From: an uncultured Gammaproteobacteria bacterium
GTDB taxonomy: Bacteria; Patescibacteriota; Microgenomatia; Daviesbacterales; UBA10151
DNA: 64,000 bases
Assembly: GCA_964625535.1 (NCBI GenBank)
Contig: CAZVEX010000001.1
Location: 64,295-128,294 of the forward strand
Direction of reading: 5' to 3'
Under the pieces are notes generated by a model. It did no database searches, was not told the origin of the DNA, and saw only the letters and a program-made list of their open reading frames with translations. This document shows, piece after piece, positions 49,184 to 58,316 of the stretch. Position 1 is the stretch's first letter; every line of letters starts with the position of its first letter. The translations under genes were made by a program, and so were the position numbers.

Positions 49184-50333
49184 AGGCTTTGTCAAGAATA
49201 AAATTCAGGTCGTATTTTTTTGACAACTTTATGGCGTTTGTTTTATATTTTAAATAATTCTTTTTGCTGTTTAATATTTTTTCTACGGCTTTTACAAAAT
49301 CAATCTCACTGTAGTCAATGACTATTCCCGACTTCGTTTTTGAAATTTGGGAAGCAATTGTAGTCACTATTGTTGTTATGACCGGTAATCCGCAAATAAG
49401 ATATAGTTTTATCTTAGACGGATCAGATTTATAACTTACGCTCTCTTTAAGCGGAGCATAAGGCGCAAGGCCGATGCTTGATCTGGCAACTATATTTATC
49501 AGTTTGTAATAGTCTTCAATAAAACCTAAGAACTCCACATGATTTGAGATATTTAATTCTTTTATTAATCTCTTTAATTCTTTTTCGTAATAACCAGACC
49601 CAATAATAGTAAGCTTTATTTTGGAAAATTTAGTAATAAGTTTGGGGATTGATTTAATCACAAGTTGTAGACCTGCCCATTCCAGTAATCCGCCTGTAAA
49701 AATTATTCTAAAGTAATTAATCCTATCAATCGGCATGGGTTTAATTTCTGACCTGTCATAACCGATAGGAACAATTGAAAATTGTGAGAATTGGTTTAGG
49801 GGACCATAATTTGCCTTTCTTGCATTGATTTGTTCTTTAGTAACTACCCAATTAATATCTGAATATCTGCATGAAGCTTTGTCAATTAAGTAGTAAAGAT
49901 TATTCATTATTCTGTTGTTAAAACGCTTATTTGTGTAATCTATTGAATAATAAACTAAATTATTGATTAGGCCGATTTTCCTAAAGATTAAGGTTGAAAT
50001 TAGGGATAAATTTTCACAGGCAATGCAGATATCGAATCTAGAGAAAGATCTGACGATGAAGTATGAGGAAAGTAAGAAGTGGTATATAAATTGCAGCCAA
50101 TCAGGTCCTTTAATATTTGCAACCTTCTTTTGATAAACAAGTGTGCCTCTTTTAAAAATGCTTAGAAAAGAATATTGGATTTGAGCATGCGGGAAAGGGT
50201 GTTCAATATAAACAACCGTATCCGTTCTTTTTAGTAAGTATTTAAGAATTCCTGGAGCAGCCGGACCCTGGTTTGTCCTGATTACAAAATGCGTTAAAAG
50301 TAAAGTTTTTGTACTATCTTTTTTTATTTGCAT
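49170..50333 (-). CDS. Glycosyltransferase family 4-like (GT-B)
   Basis: IFTGGL, IIGSG, VEFLGF and [15 protein letters not shown] motifs. Confidence 0.8.
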   Translation of the reverse strand: MQIKKDSTKTLLLTHFVIRTNQGPAAPGILKYLLKRTDTVVYIEHPFPHAQIQYSFLSIFKRGTLVYQKKVANIKGPDWLQFIYHFLLSSYFIVRSFSRFDICIACENLSLISTLIFRKIGLINNLVYYSIDYTNKRFNNRIMNNLYYLIDKASCRYSDINWVVTKEQINARKANYGPLNQFSQFSIVPIGYDRSEIKPMPIDRINYFRIIFTGGLLEWAGLQLVIKSIPKLITKFSKIKLTIIGSGYYEKELKRLIKELNISNHVEFLGFIEDYYKLINIVARSSIGLAPYAPLKESVSYKSDPSKIKLYLICGLPVITTIVTTIASQISKTKSGIVIDYSEIDFVKAVEKILNSKKNYLKYKTNAIKLSKKYDLNFILDKAFKEI

Positions 50334-51276
50334 GCCTTTGATTTTTCAGATACCAGTCAATGGTTTGTTGCAAGCCTTTTTCAAAAGTTGTTTTTGCAGA
50401 AAAACCAAATTCTGATTTTGCTTTTTCTACATTAAGAAACCTTCTTGGTTGTCCATCCGGTTTGGTTTTGTCATAAATGATTTTTGCTTCAAAGCCGATT
50501 AATCTGCATATTAACTGCGTTAAATTTTTAATAGAGATTTCAAAGCCTGAACCTAAATTAACAGGTTCCGGTTTATTATATTTTTCAGCCGCTAAAATTA
50601 TTCCTTTCGCAGCGTCTTCTACAAATAGAAATTCCCGGGTAGGTTTTCCAGTCCCCCAAATTGTAATTGTTTTTTGGCCACCATTTTTTGCATCAATGAT
50701 TTTTCTTATGAGGGCAGGTATTACATGAGAATCTTTCGGATCAAAATTATCACCGGGTCCGTATAAATTTACCGGTAGAAGATAAATTGAATTGAAGTTA
50801 TACTGCTTTCTGTAAGCCTGGGATTGCACCAGAAGCATTTTTTTTGCAAGGCCATAAGGAGCATTTGTTTCTTCAGGATACCCATCCCATAAATCTTCTT
50901 CTCTAAATGGGATCTTAGTAAACTTCGGATAAGCGCATATTGTCCCAATTGCAACGAATTTTTTTACTTTAGCTTTTCTTGCTTCTTCCATTAACTGTAC
51001 ACCCATTATTATGTTGTCATAAAAAAGTTTTCCTGGATATTTTTGGTTATAACCTATGCCGCCTACATTTCCTGCTAGGTGAATTACGATGTCAGTATCC
51101 TTAACAACTTTTTTGCAGTTTGCTTTAAACCTTAAGTCAAAATCTTTAGAGCGCGGGATGATAATTTTTTTTGGATTTAATTTTTTGAGCTTATTGATTA
51201 CATGGATTCCTAAAAAACCACCCCCTCCAGTGACAGTTACTGTTTTTCCTTTCCAGAAAGAACTGATTTTTTTCAT
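50314..51276 (-). CDS. fcl: GDP-L-fucose synthase-like epimerase/reductase
   Basis: [44 protein letters not shown] and [15 protein letters not shown] motifs. Confidence 0.85.
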   Translation of the reverse strand: MKKISSFWKGKTVTVTGGGGFLGIHVINKLKKLNPKKIIIPRSKDFDLRFKANCKKVVKDTDIVIHLAGNVGGIGYNQKYPGKLFYDNIIMGVQLMEEARKAKVKKFVAIGTICAYPKFTKIPFREEDLWDGYPEETNAPYGLAKKMLLVQSQAYRKQYNFNSIYLLPVNLYGPGDNFDPKDSHVIPALIRKIIDAKNGGQKTITIWGTGKPTREFLFVEDAAKGIILAAEKYNKPEPVNLGSGFEISIKNLTQLICRLIGFEAKIIYDKTKPDGQPRRFLNVEKAKSEFGFSAKTTFEKGLQQTIDWYLKNQRHANKKR

Positions 51277-51320
51277 TGGTCGCTGAAAATTTTATCATAG
51301 GAGTATATAATTTACTAGCT

Positions 51321-53993
51321 ATGAGACAGGTCCTGTTTTTGATTATTTTATGTTTAACCCTGACCTTTATTTGGTTTCATAAGGGCTTAGTATTTGCCGG
51401 CGGAGAAGAAGGCATGCCATTTTACGATCTTGAAAAAACAGTAAGATATTATTCATCGGTTTGGCATGAATCAGGTACAGGATTTCCAGCAGTTAATGAA
51501 CAAAGAATTCCCATATTTAGTTTTCTTAGGATGTTTTACCAAGTAGGTATTCCGGGATTTGTGCTTCAGGCTTTCCTGTTTTTCTTATTGATGAGTATTG
51601 GCACTGTTTCAGTATATTTTTTAATAAAAGAAACAATTACAGCAGATCATAAGTATCTTCCACTGATTGGGGGAATATTTTATCTTCTTAATCCTTTTTC
51701 CATGACTCAAATTTGGGGAAGAGGACTCTATATGCAATTTTTCCCTTTTGCTCTTTTCCCGCTTTTTTTAATTTTGTTTATTTTAGGTTTGAAAAGAAAG
51801 AATTTTTTGTACGGGATTGCAGCTTTGATTTCTTCTGTTGTGTTTTCGGCGGCTTTTGACAATATTAGTTATGCTCTATCTCTTTGGCTTGTTATCTTCC
51901 TTTACGGTCTTTTTCACCTGATTAAACATTTTAATAAAAAAGAGATTATTTTTACTGTTGCATTTTTTACATTTCTGTTTTTAGGTTGGATTTTGTTACA
52001 TCTTTTTTGGATCCTGCCTTTTCTTGCTCTTTCCACCCAGCCTTATGCGGGTATAACAGAGAACCCGGAGCAGGGATTAGGTAGTTTAAGGGGTGTCAGT
52101 AGACAATACCCTTTGCATGTTTTGATAAGACTGATGCACAGCGGCTATTTTTTTGAGGATTTATACGGAAAAATTTATTCTGGTTTTATATTTGGTTTGA
52201 TCAGCTGGATTATTCCGCTGGTTTCACTTTTTTCCATCAAACAATTTAAAAAACTTTCCCATTTTTGGTTTTTTACCCCCCTTTTTCTTATTGGATTGTT
52301 TATCAGTTTAGGATCTAATTTCCCGTCGGGTTGGTTGTTCGAAGTACTGTTTAAATACATGCCCTTTTTCCAGATGTTCAGAAACCCTTTTGAAAAATTC
52401 GGTTTGGTTTTTTTAATTGCGTATGTGCCGTTTTTCTCTCTGGGAGCTTTAATAGTTGCTCAAAAAATTGGACATATCTTTAAAAAAGAAACAGCCAGAT
52501 TTCTAAGTCTTGCGATAATTATCGTGTTAGTTTGTGGAATCTATGTTTGGCCGATGTGGACAGGGATATTTGCGGGAGGCTATAGACTGAATCCATGGGT
52601 TAAAGTGCCGGATGATTATAAAGAAATGGAAAAGTGGCTGGATGGAAATTCGGAAGATTATAGAGTCTTTATGACCCCCATCTGGAGTGGTGATGGAACA
52701 TTCTACCAGTGGGGCAATACAAGATTTCAAGGGACTGACCCAATGATATATCTTATTAACCAACCGGCGGTTTCTTACAGCAGCCAGGTGCCTGGTTTTC
52801 TTTCAAGTATGCGGAAAAATATGGAGAGGATCAATCTGGCTCCATCTCTTGCGCTTTTTCAAGCCAAATACCTAATAGACCGGGTTGATGCGGTAATGAT
52901 CACAGAGGCTGAAAAACAGCACAGTAAGTTTTTAACAAGATTTGTGTATCCGCCTATGGGAATAAACTTAAGTACTCAAAAAGTTTGCCAAGACAAATAC
53001 GCGGATTCTAAAGCAAACGGCGTTGCTTGGATAACTTGTCAAATATCAGGTACCAATAGAGATTGGAGTAAAATAAAGTATGCGCATTTTGAGATTAAAA
53101 CAGATGTGCCGGCCTTTTTGGAAATTGCACTTAGAGATCAAGACGGGATTAGGATCAGGTGGTATGGTCCTGCTGATGCAGAATATCAAACAAACAATAA
53201 TGAATGGACAGTTGTGACCATTCCTTTAAGCGCGCCTACAGAATATAATCAGGCAATAAATTTTTCTAAAGTAGATTTAATAGAAATATTTGCCCATCCA
53301 ATATATTCCCCCCAGACCAGTGTGGGAGAAATCTTCCTTAAAGATATTATATTGGATCCTGGCAAAGAGGAGAAAACGCAAAGTTTTCACTTAGTTAATA
53401 CATTCGGCAAGCTACAAGTTTATGAGCCTTTCAACTTTAATTCTCCCCCTGAATTTGGTAGTTTATCATCGCTTAACTTGGTTCAGGACTTTGCGCAGTT
53501 GTTTGAGGAAGTAAACAGACAAATAGGTCAGCTTGATACAATAGGGTATATCTTAGCAACACAAAACAGCAGGAAAAATTTGCAGGAATTACCCTCTGAT
53601 GGTATCCTGCAGGTTATAGATAAAGATAAGATTTCTGATTCCAGATATTGGCTGGAGGTGAATAAAGGTGATGGTAACGGGTTGATTATTCTTAGTAAAA
53701 CATTTAATTCTCAGTGGAAAGTAATCCCCGGGATCAGCAAAGATCAGCTTAGCGGTAAATTTTTTGATAATTTGGTTCTTATTAGGGAAGCAGTATTGCC
53801 AGAAGACCAGCATTTTGCAGTTAATGGCTATGCAAATTTATGGAAAGTGAGCGAGCAAGATTCACAATATGCGATTGTATTCATGCCTCAAATTTTTGCC
53901 GATATTGGTTGGAAAGTATCTATTTTCAGTATAATATTGTTAGGTGGAGTTACATTAGTATGGGTTCTAAAAAAATATACATTTTTGCACTAG
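51321..53993 (+). CDS. Large GT-C-like membrane protein (family B, AftD/YfhO-like) with a carbohydrate-binding-like insert
   Basis: GGEEG after TM1, YLLNPF, RNPFEKF, WPMW, an extracellular domain, NGYANLW and a C-terminal TM anchor. Confidence 0.65.
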   Translation: MRQVLFLIILCLTLTFIWFHKGLVFAGGEEGMPFYDLEKTVRYYSSVWHESGTGFPAVNEQRIPIFSFLRMFYQVGIPGFVLQAFLFFLLMSIGTVSVYFLIKETITADHKYLPLIGGIFYLLNPFSMTQIWGRGLYMQFFPFALFPLFLILFILGLKRKNFLYGIAALISSVVFSAAFDNISYALSLWLVIFLYGLFHLIKHFNKKEIIFTVAFFTFLFLGWILLHLFWILPFLALSTQPYAGITENPEQGLGSLRGVSRQYPLHVLIRLMHSGYFFEDLYGKIYSGFIFGLISWIIPLVSLFSIKQFKKLSHFWFFTPLFLIGLFISLGSNFPSGWLFEVLFKYMPFFQMFRNPFEKFGLVFLIAYVPFFSLGALIVAQKIGHIFKKETARFLSLAIIIVLVCGIYVWPMWTGIFAGGYRLNPWVKVPDDYKEMEKWLDGNSEDYRVFMTPIWSGDGTFYQWGNTRFQGTDPMIYLINQPAVSYSSQVPGFLSSMRKNMERINLAPSLALFQAKYLIDRVDAVMITEAEKQHSKFLTRFVYPPMGINLSTQKVCQDKYADSKANGVAWITCQISGTNRDWSKIKYAHFEIKTDVPAFLEIALRDQDGIRIRWYGPADAEYQTNNNEWTVVTIPLSAPTEYNQAINFSKVDLIEIFAHPIYSPQTSVGEIFLKDIILDPGKEEKTQSFHLVNTFGKLQVYEPFNFNSPPEFGSLSSLNLVQDFAQLFEEVNRQIGQLDTIGYILATQNSRKNLQELPSDGILQVIDKDKISDSRYWLEVNKGDGNGLIILSKTFNSQWKVIPGISKDQLSGKFFDNLVLIREAVLPEDQHFAVNGYANLWKVSEQDSQYAIVFMPQIFADIGWKVSIFSIILLGGVTLVWVLKKYTFLH

Positions 53994-55120
53994 CTGCAGC
54001 AGGTCAGGGGATTTCTGGCGGAGATAGAATCTTCATTGAATTTGCCAAGAATTGGAGTAAAAGATTTCCCGTCACAATTTATCTCTGGGAGGAAGGATAC
54101 CAGATGTGTAAAAGAGCACATTTGGATTCTCACATCAAATTTCTAATTTCTAAAATGGGGCCATGGAAGAATTTTGGATTTTTCATAAATTATATTGCTA
54201 GAATCATTGAAGGAGTAAGACTTGGGTTAACCTTAAAAATTGAAGATCCTGAAAATACCATGGTATATTCGGCTTCGGAATTTTGGATGGATTCCTTGGC
54301 GGCGTTTATTTTAAAGTTGAGGTATCAAAAAATAGTATGGGCAGCAGCCTGGTATCAAACAGCGCCCAATCCGTTAGAAGGGTTTTCCGGCTTTCTACCT
54401 TATTGGTTAGTTCAACTCCCAATAAAACCTCTGATTGATAGATTTGCCAATTTTGTTTTGGTAAATAATGATCTTGAGAAGAAGGTATTTAAAAAACTAG
54501 ACAGGGAAAACAAAGCTATTGTAGTTTTAGGAGCAATAGATCTTAAGGAAATAAAAAAGTGGCAAAAGATTATAGGTAAAAAGGAGAAAATTTACGATTG
54601 TGTATTTCAGGGAAGATTTCATCCGCAAAAAGGAGTTTTGGAGATGATTGATATTTGGGCAAGAGTGATAGGATTTAAAAAAGATGCAAAACTTATAATG
54701 ATAGGAGATGGACCGCTAATGCAAAGGGTAAAGGATAAAGTGAAAAGGGAAAAGTTAGAAAAAAATATAGAGCTGACAGGATACTTATTTGATGGAGAGG
54801 AAAAATATAAAATATTTGTTCAAAGTAAGATAGTGGTGCATCCTGCTATTTTTGATTCCGGAGGGATGGCTTCGGCAGAGGCCATGGCTTTCGGTCTGCC
54901 TGCTGTTGGATTTAATTTGAGCGCTTATCAATACTACTATCCAAAAGGAATGATTAAAGTTCCGATCAAAGATTTAGACGCTTTTGCCAAAGAAATTATA
55001 ATGTTACTATCAGATGAAAAATTTTACAAAAAAGTGAGCAAAGAAGTTTTGCAGTTTATAAACGATACATGGAGCTGGGAATATAGATCTCGTCAAATAC
55101 TCCAGGCGGTGTTAAAATAA
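53960..55120 (+). CDS. Glycosyltransferase family 4
   Basis: SGGDR, FQGRFHPQKG, IGDG and DSGGMASAEAMAFGLP motifs. Confidence 0.88.
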   Translation: MGSKKIYIFALAAAGQGISGGDRIFIEFAKNWSKRFPVTIYLWEEGYQMCKRAHLDSHIKFLISKMGPWKNFGFFINYIARIIEGVRLGLTLKIEDPENTMVYSASEFWMDSLAAFILKLRYQKIVWAAAWYQTAPNPLEGFSGFLPYWLVQLPIKPLIDRFANFVLVNNDLEKKVFKKLDRENKAIVVLGAIDLKEIKKWQKIIGKKEKIYDCVFQGRFHPQKGVLEMIDIWARVIGFKKDAKLIMIGDGPLMQRVKDKVKREKLEKNIELTGYLFDGEEKYKIFVQSKIVVHPAIFDSGGMASAEAMAFGLPAVGFNLSAYQYYYPKGMIKVPIKDLDAFAKEIIMLLSDEKFYKKVSKEVLQFINDTWSWEYRSRQILQAVLK

Positions 55121-55128
55121 CTTCTTAT

Positions 55129-56052
55129 ATGAAAAGCAAACCCTTGGTGGGTGTTTCGGCAGTAATACCAAGCTTTAATGATAAATTAAAAGTTTTTAGG
55201 CTTCTTGATTCTTTAAAAAAATCAACATATCCGAAACTGGAAGTTATTGTTGTTGTAAACGGGCCGATTGATACACTTTCAGAAGGCAAAATTAAGTATG
55301 ATTGGGTCCACTGGATTGATGGAGGAAGAGAAAATATCGGTCAGACCGGCTGCTATAACTTGGGTTTTGCCTATGCTGATAAAAAATGTGATCTGCTTTA
55401 TGTTGATTCTGATGTGATAGTTGATAAGAATATGATTTCCAATCTGGTTAAAGCCGCCTACTCAAATCCCAAAATCGGCATAGTAACGCCGATGATTTCG
55501 TATCTTTCTGATAAAAATTGGGTCAACCAGGCAGGGGCAAATGTGAATCTGATAACCGGGAAAGTGTCAGTAGGTTGGGGTCCACGAAAAGATTTTTTGC
55601 TCGCCAAGGAAGTACAGAATTCTGGTACTGCGATGTTGATTAAGAGAAAAGTGGTTGATAAAATCGGGGGCGTTGACGATTGGTTTCTGTGTTATTTTGA
55701 TCCGGATTATTGTTTAAGGGCCAAAAAGGCCGGATTTATCATCTGGTATGAGCCCAAAGCTATCTGCTATCATGATCAGTCAAAAGATCCGGATCTGTGG
55801 AGGCCCAGAGTTTTGACAAGGGCATATCTTTTGGGAAGAAACAGGGTTTTGTTTATGAGAAGGCATGGTAACATGATAACTTTTTCTCTTTTTCTTCCTC
55901 TGCTTTTAGGTTATTATTTCTTCGAAGTCTTGCGCTTTGGGCAAATTAGAAAATTTTTTGAGCTTACATGGGGGAGTATCGTGGGGTATTTTTATCCCCT
56001 AAAGCAGGATAATTTTATCCCACTGCCAAAGATAAAAAATAGGTTAAAATAG
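55129..56052 (+). CDS. GT2 glycosyltransferase
   Basis: VIPSFN, YVDSD, FDPDYCLR and RNRVLF motifs. Confidence 0.85.
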   Translation: MKSKPLVGVSAVIPSFNDKLKVFRLLDSLKKSTYPKLEVIVVVNGPIDTLSEGKIKYDWVHWIDGGRENIGQTGCYNLGFAYADKKCDLLYVDSDVIVDKNMISNLVKAAYSNPKIGIVTPMISYLSDKNWVNQAGANVNLITGKVSVGWGPRKDFLLAKEVQNSGTAMLIKRKVVDKIGGVDDWFLCYFDPDYCLRAKKAGFIIWYEPKAICYHDQSKDPDLWRPRVLTRAYLLGRNRVLFMRRHGNMITFSLFLPLLLGYYFFEVLRFGQIRKFFELTWGSIVGYFYPLKQDNFIPLPKIKNRLK

Positions 56053-56055
56053 CTT

Positions 56056-56715
56056 ATGAGCCTTTTTGACAAACTAAAGATTACCTTACCTTTTTCATAT
56101 ATGAAGCTTCTTCGTGACGGCATAGGAGAGGGAGAAACCATTTTAGATCTTGGTTGTGAAGACGGCAGATTGCTGGATCTTCTGTCTGAAGGAAAAGATT
56201 GGAAAATTACCGGTGTGGATATTTTTCAAAAGAATGTTCGGAAAGCGGCCAAAAGAAAAATTTTTGTAAAGGTGGTCAAGGGAGATGTGGTGGAAATTTC
56301 AAAAAAATTAATTAAGCAAAAGGCAAAATTCGATGTGGTATTTTGTTCTCAAGTTATAGAACATATAAACAGAAAAAAGGGTGAAGAGCTTTTAAGCATA
56401 GTTGATAAATTAGCGAGGAAAAAAATTATAATGGGGACTCCGCGCGGTTTTATGGAGCAGCCACACGCTTTTTTGGGAGATAATCCCCACCAGGTGCATA
56501 AGTCCGGTTGGACTGAAGTTGACTTTAAGAAAAGAGGCTACAAAGTATATGGTATAGGGTTTGGTCCTGTCTGGTCCGAGGCAGGATTAGGCAGAGCCTA
56601 TTCTAAACCGGTTGCCTTTTTGGCAAGCATTATTTCCTATATCTTTTCTCCGGTAGTTTATTTCTTTCCTTTTTTGGCTGCCGGGATACTCTGTTTTAAA
56701 GAGATAAAAAGATGA
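56056..56715 (+). CDS. Class I SAM-dependent methyltransferase
   Basis: ILDLGCEDG, GVDIF, FDVV..SQVIEH and TPRG motifs. Confidence 0.85.
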   Translation: MSLFDKLKITLPFSYMKLLRDGIGEGETILDLGCEDGRLLDLLSEGKDWKITGVDIFQKNVRKAAKRKIFVKVVKGDVVEISKKLIKQKAKFDVVFCSQVIEHINRKKGEELLSIVDKLARKKIIMGTPRGFMEQPHAFLGDNPHQVHKSGWTEVDFKKRGYKVYGIGFGPVWSEAGLGRAYSKPVAFLASIISYIFSPVVYFFPFLAAGILCFKEIKR

Positions 56716-58316
56716 ACCTAAAATTAGTTTCCGTTGTTATAGTTTCCAAAGACAGAAAGAAAGATTTAATAGATTGTATAAATTCGTATCTTCAATCCTC
56801 CTATAAATCATTGGAAATTATTGTCGTTGATAATGGTTCCAGACCGCCGCTTTTTAGCTGGTTTACAAAGAAATACCCAGGCGTGAAACTGATTACTTCA
56901 GAATTTAATATAGGTGCCGCAGCCGGGAGGAATTTAGGGTTTAAAGAGGCAAAAGGGGATTATATTCAATTTAGTGACGATGATGCTTATGCGGATAAAA
57001 ATATGATTAAAAATTTAGTATCAGTATTTGAAAAAAATCCGCAGGCAGGCATAGTCCAACCTCTTGTTTATGATAGAGCAAGAAAAGATATGTTGCAGGG
57101 TGCAGGTCATGATATAGATTTAACCACGGGTAGAATTAAGGCTTGGGGCGTAAAAGAGAAAGATAAAGGGCAATACGAGGGACTGCGGGAAGTTCCTATG
57201 TGTGGATGTGTTTGGATGGTAAAAAGGGAAGTGTTTGAGCGGATTGGTAACTATGATGAGGACTATTTTATTCCCTATGAAGATTCTGATTTTTCGATAA
57301 GAGCAAGAAAAGCAGGTTTTAAACTTTACTGCTATTCAGAGGCTAAAACATGGCACAGGGGACTCAAAGCAACCTTTGTCCATCCATGGATAGAATGGTT
57401 GGGGATAACATCTCCCGAGAGGGCCTACCGAGTAGCCAGAAATAAAATAATTTTTATGAGGAAACACTCTCCTTTTCCTTTGAATCTTGTCTTCTTTTTA
57501 ATTTTAGTACCGGCATATTTATTGACTCATTCTACGATTATTGCTCTGGCAAAAAGATTAGACATCCTTTTTAAATATTGGTCGGGAGCTCTATCGGGTA
57601 TTTTATACGCCATAACCTACCCCTTTGGAAAAAAAATTATTAATAAATACAAACAGCTGGATGAAAAGCTGGAAGGATTTAAAGTTTGGCTTTTGGCCTG
57701 GACAGATCCATTAACCTGGGTGTTGGATCCCGGTGTTAAAACTGTTTTGGATTTGGGGTGCGGACAGGGAAAGCCGATGGAGTTTATAAAATACAGGATT
57801 AAGATAAAAAAATCCGTCGGCGTAGATTTATTTGAACCATACATTGAAGAGGCAAGACAAAAAAAGATTCATGATAAGTATTTGATTGCCGATATAAGAA
57901 AATTGAAATTACCGGCAAAATCTTTTGATTTGGTGATGGCCTCTCATGTTTTGGAGCACATGCCAAAGAGTGATGCCTGGAAATTATTAAGTAATATGGA
58001 AAGGATGGCCAAAAAGCAGGTAATTATAGCAACTCCAATTGGCGAACATTACCACCAGCTGGAAGATGGGAATATTTGGCAACTGCATGTGTCGGCTTTC
58101 ACACCGAAAGATTTTGAGGATAGAGGATACAAGATTAAAAAATATGGCTGGAAGTGGTTGTTGGGGGATCACGGCATAGTGCATACCGTCAAAAATGACA
58201 TAATTAGAAAATTACTTTATACCTTTAACATACTGGCCACCCCTATTTACTATTATTTCCAGTCCAGTTGTGATTATATATTTGTGGCATTCAAGGATCT
58301 TGAGAATGATAAGTAA
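56712..58316 (+). CDS. GT2 glycosyltransferase fused to a class I methyltransferase
   Basis: N-terminal VVDNGS, FSDDD and YEDSDFSIR; C-terminal VLDLGCGQG, SHVLEH and ATPIG. Confidence 0.85.
   Translation: MNLKLVSVVIVSKDRKKDLIDCINSYLQSSYKSLEIIVVDNGSRPPLFSWFTKKYPGVKLITSEFNIGAAAGRNLGFKEAKGDYIQFSDDDAYADKNMIKNLVSVFEKNPQAGIVQPLVYDRARKDMLQGAGHDIDLTTGRIKAWGVKEKDKGQYEGLREVPMCGCVWMVKREVFERIGNYDEDYFIPYEDSDFSIRARKAGFKLYCYSEAKTWHRGLKATFVHPWIEWLGITSPERAYRVARNKIIFMRKHSPFPLNLVFFLILVPAYLLTHSTIIALAKRLDILFKYWSGALSGILYAITYPFGKKIINKYKQLDEKLEGFKVWLLAWTDPLTWVLDPGVKTVLDLGCGQGKPMEFIKYRIKIKKSVGVDLFEPYIEEARQKKIHDKYLIADIRKLKLPAKSFDLVMASHVLEHMPKSDAWKLLSNMERMAKKQVIIATPIGEHYHQLEDGNIWQLHVSAFTPKDFEDRGYKIKKYGWKWLLGDHGIVHTVKNDIIRKLLYTFNILATPIYYYFQSSCDYIFVAFKDLENDK

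Noticed and set aside
5883-58306. Longer N-termini given by the ORF track (5883, 10955, 17711, 21480, 24500, 39761, 51276, 53840, 58270 and others)
   Set aside because: They overlap neighbouring genes or promoters; downstream starts fit stop/start coupling, -10 spacing and family N-termini better.
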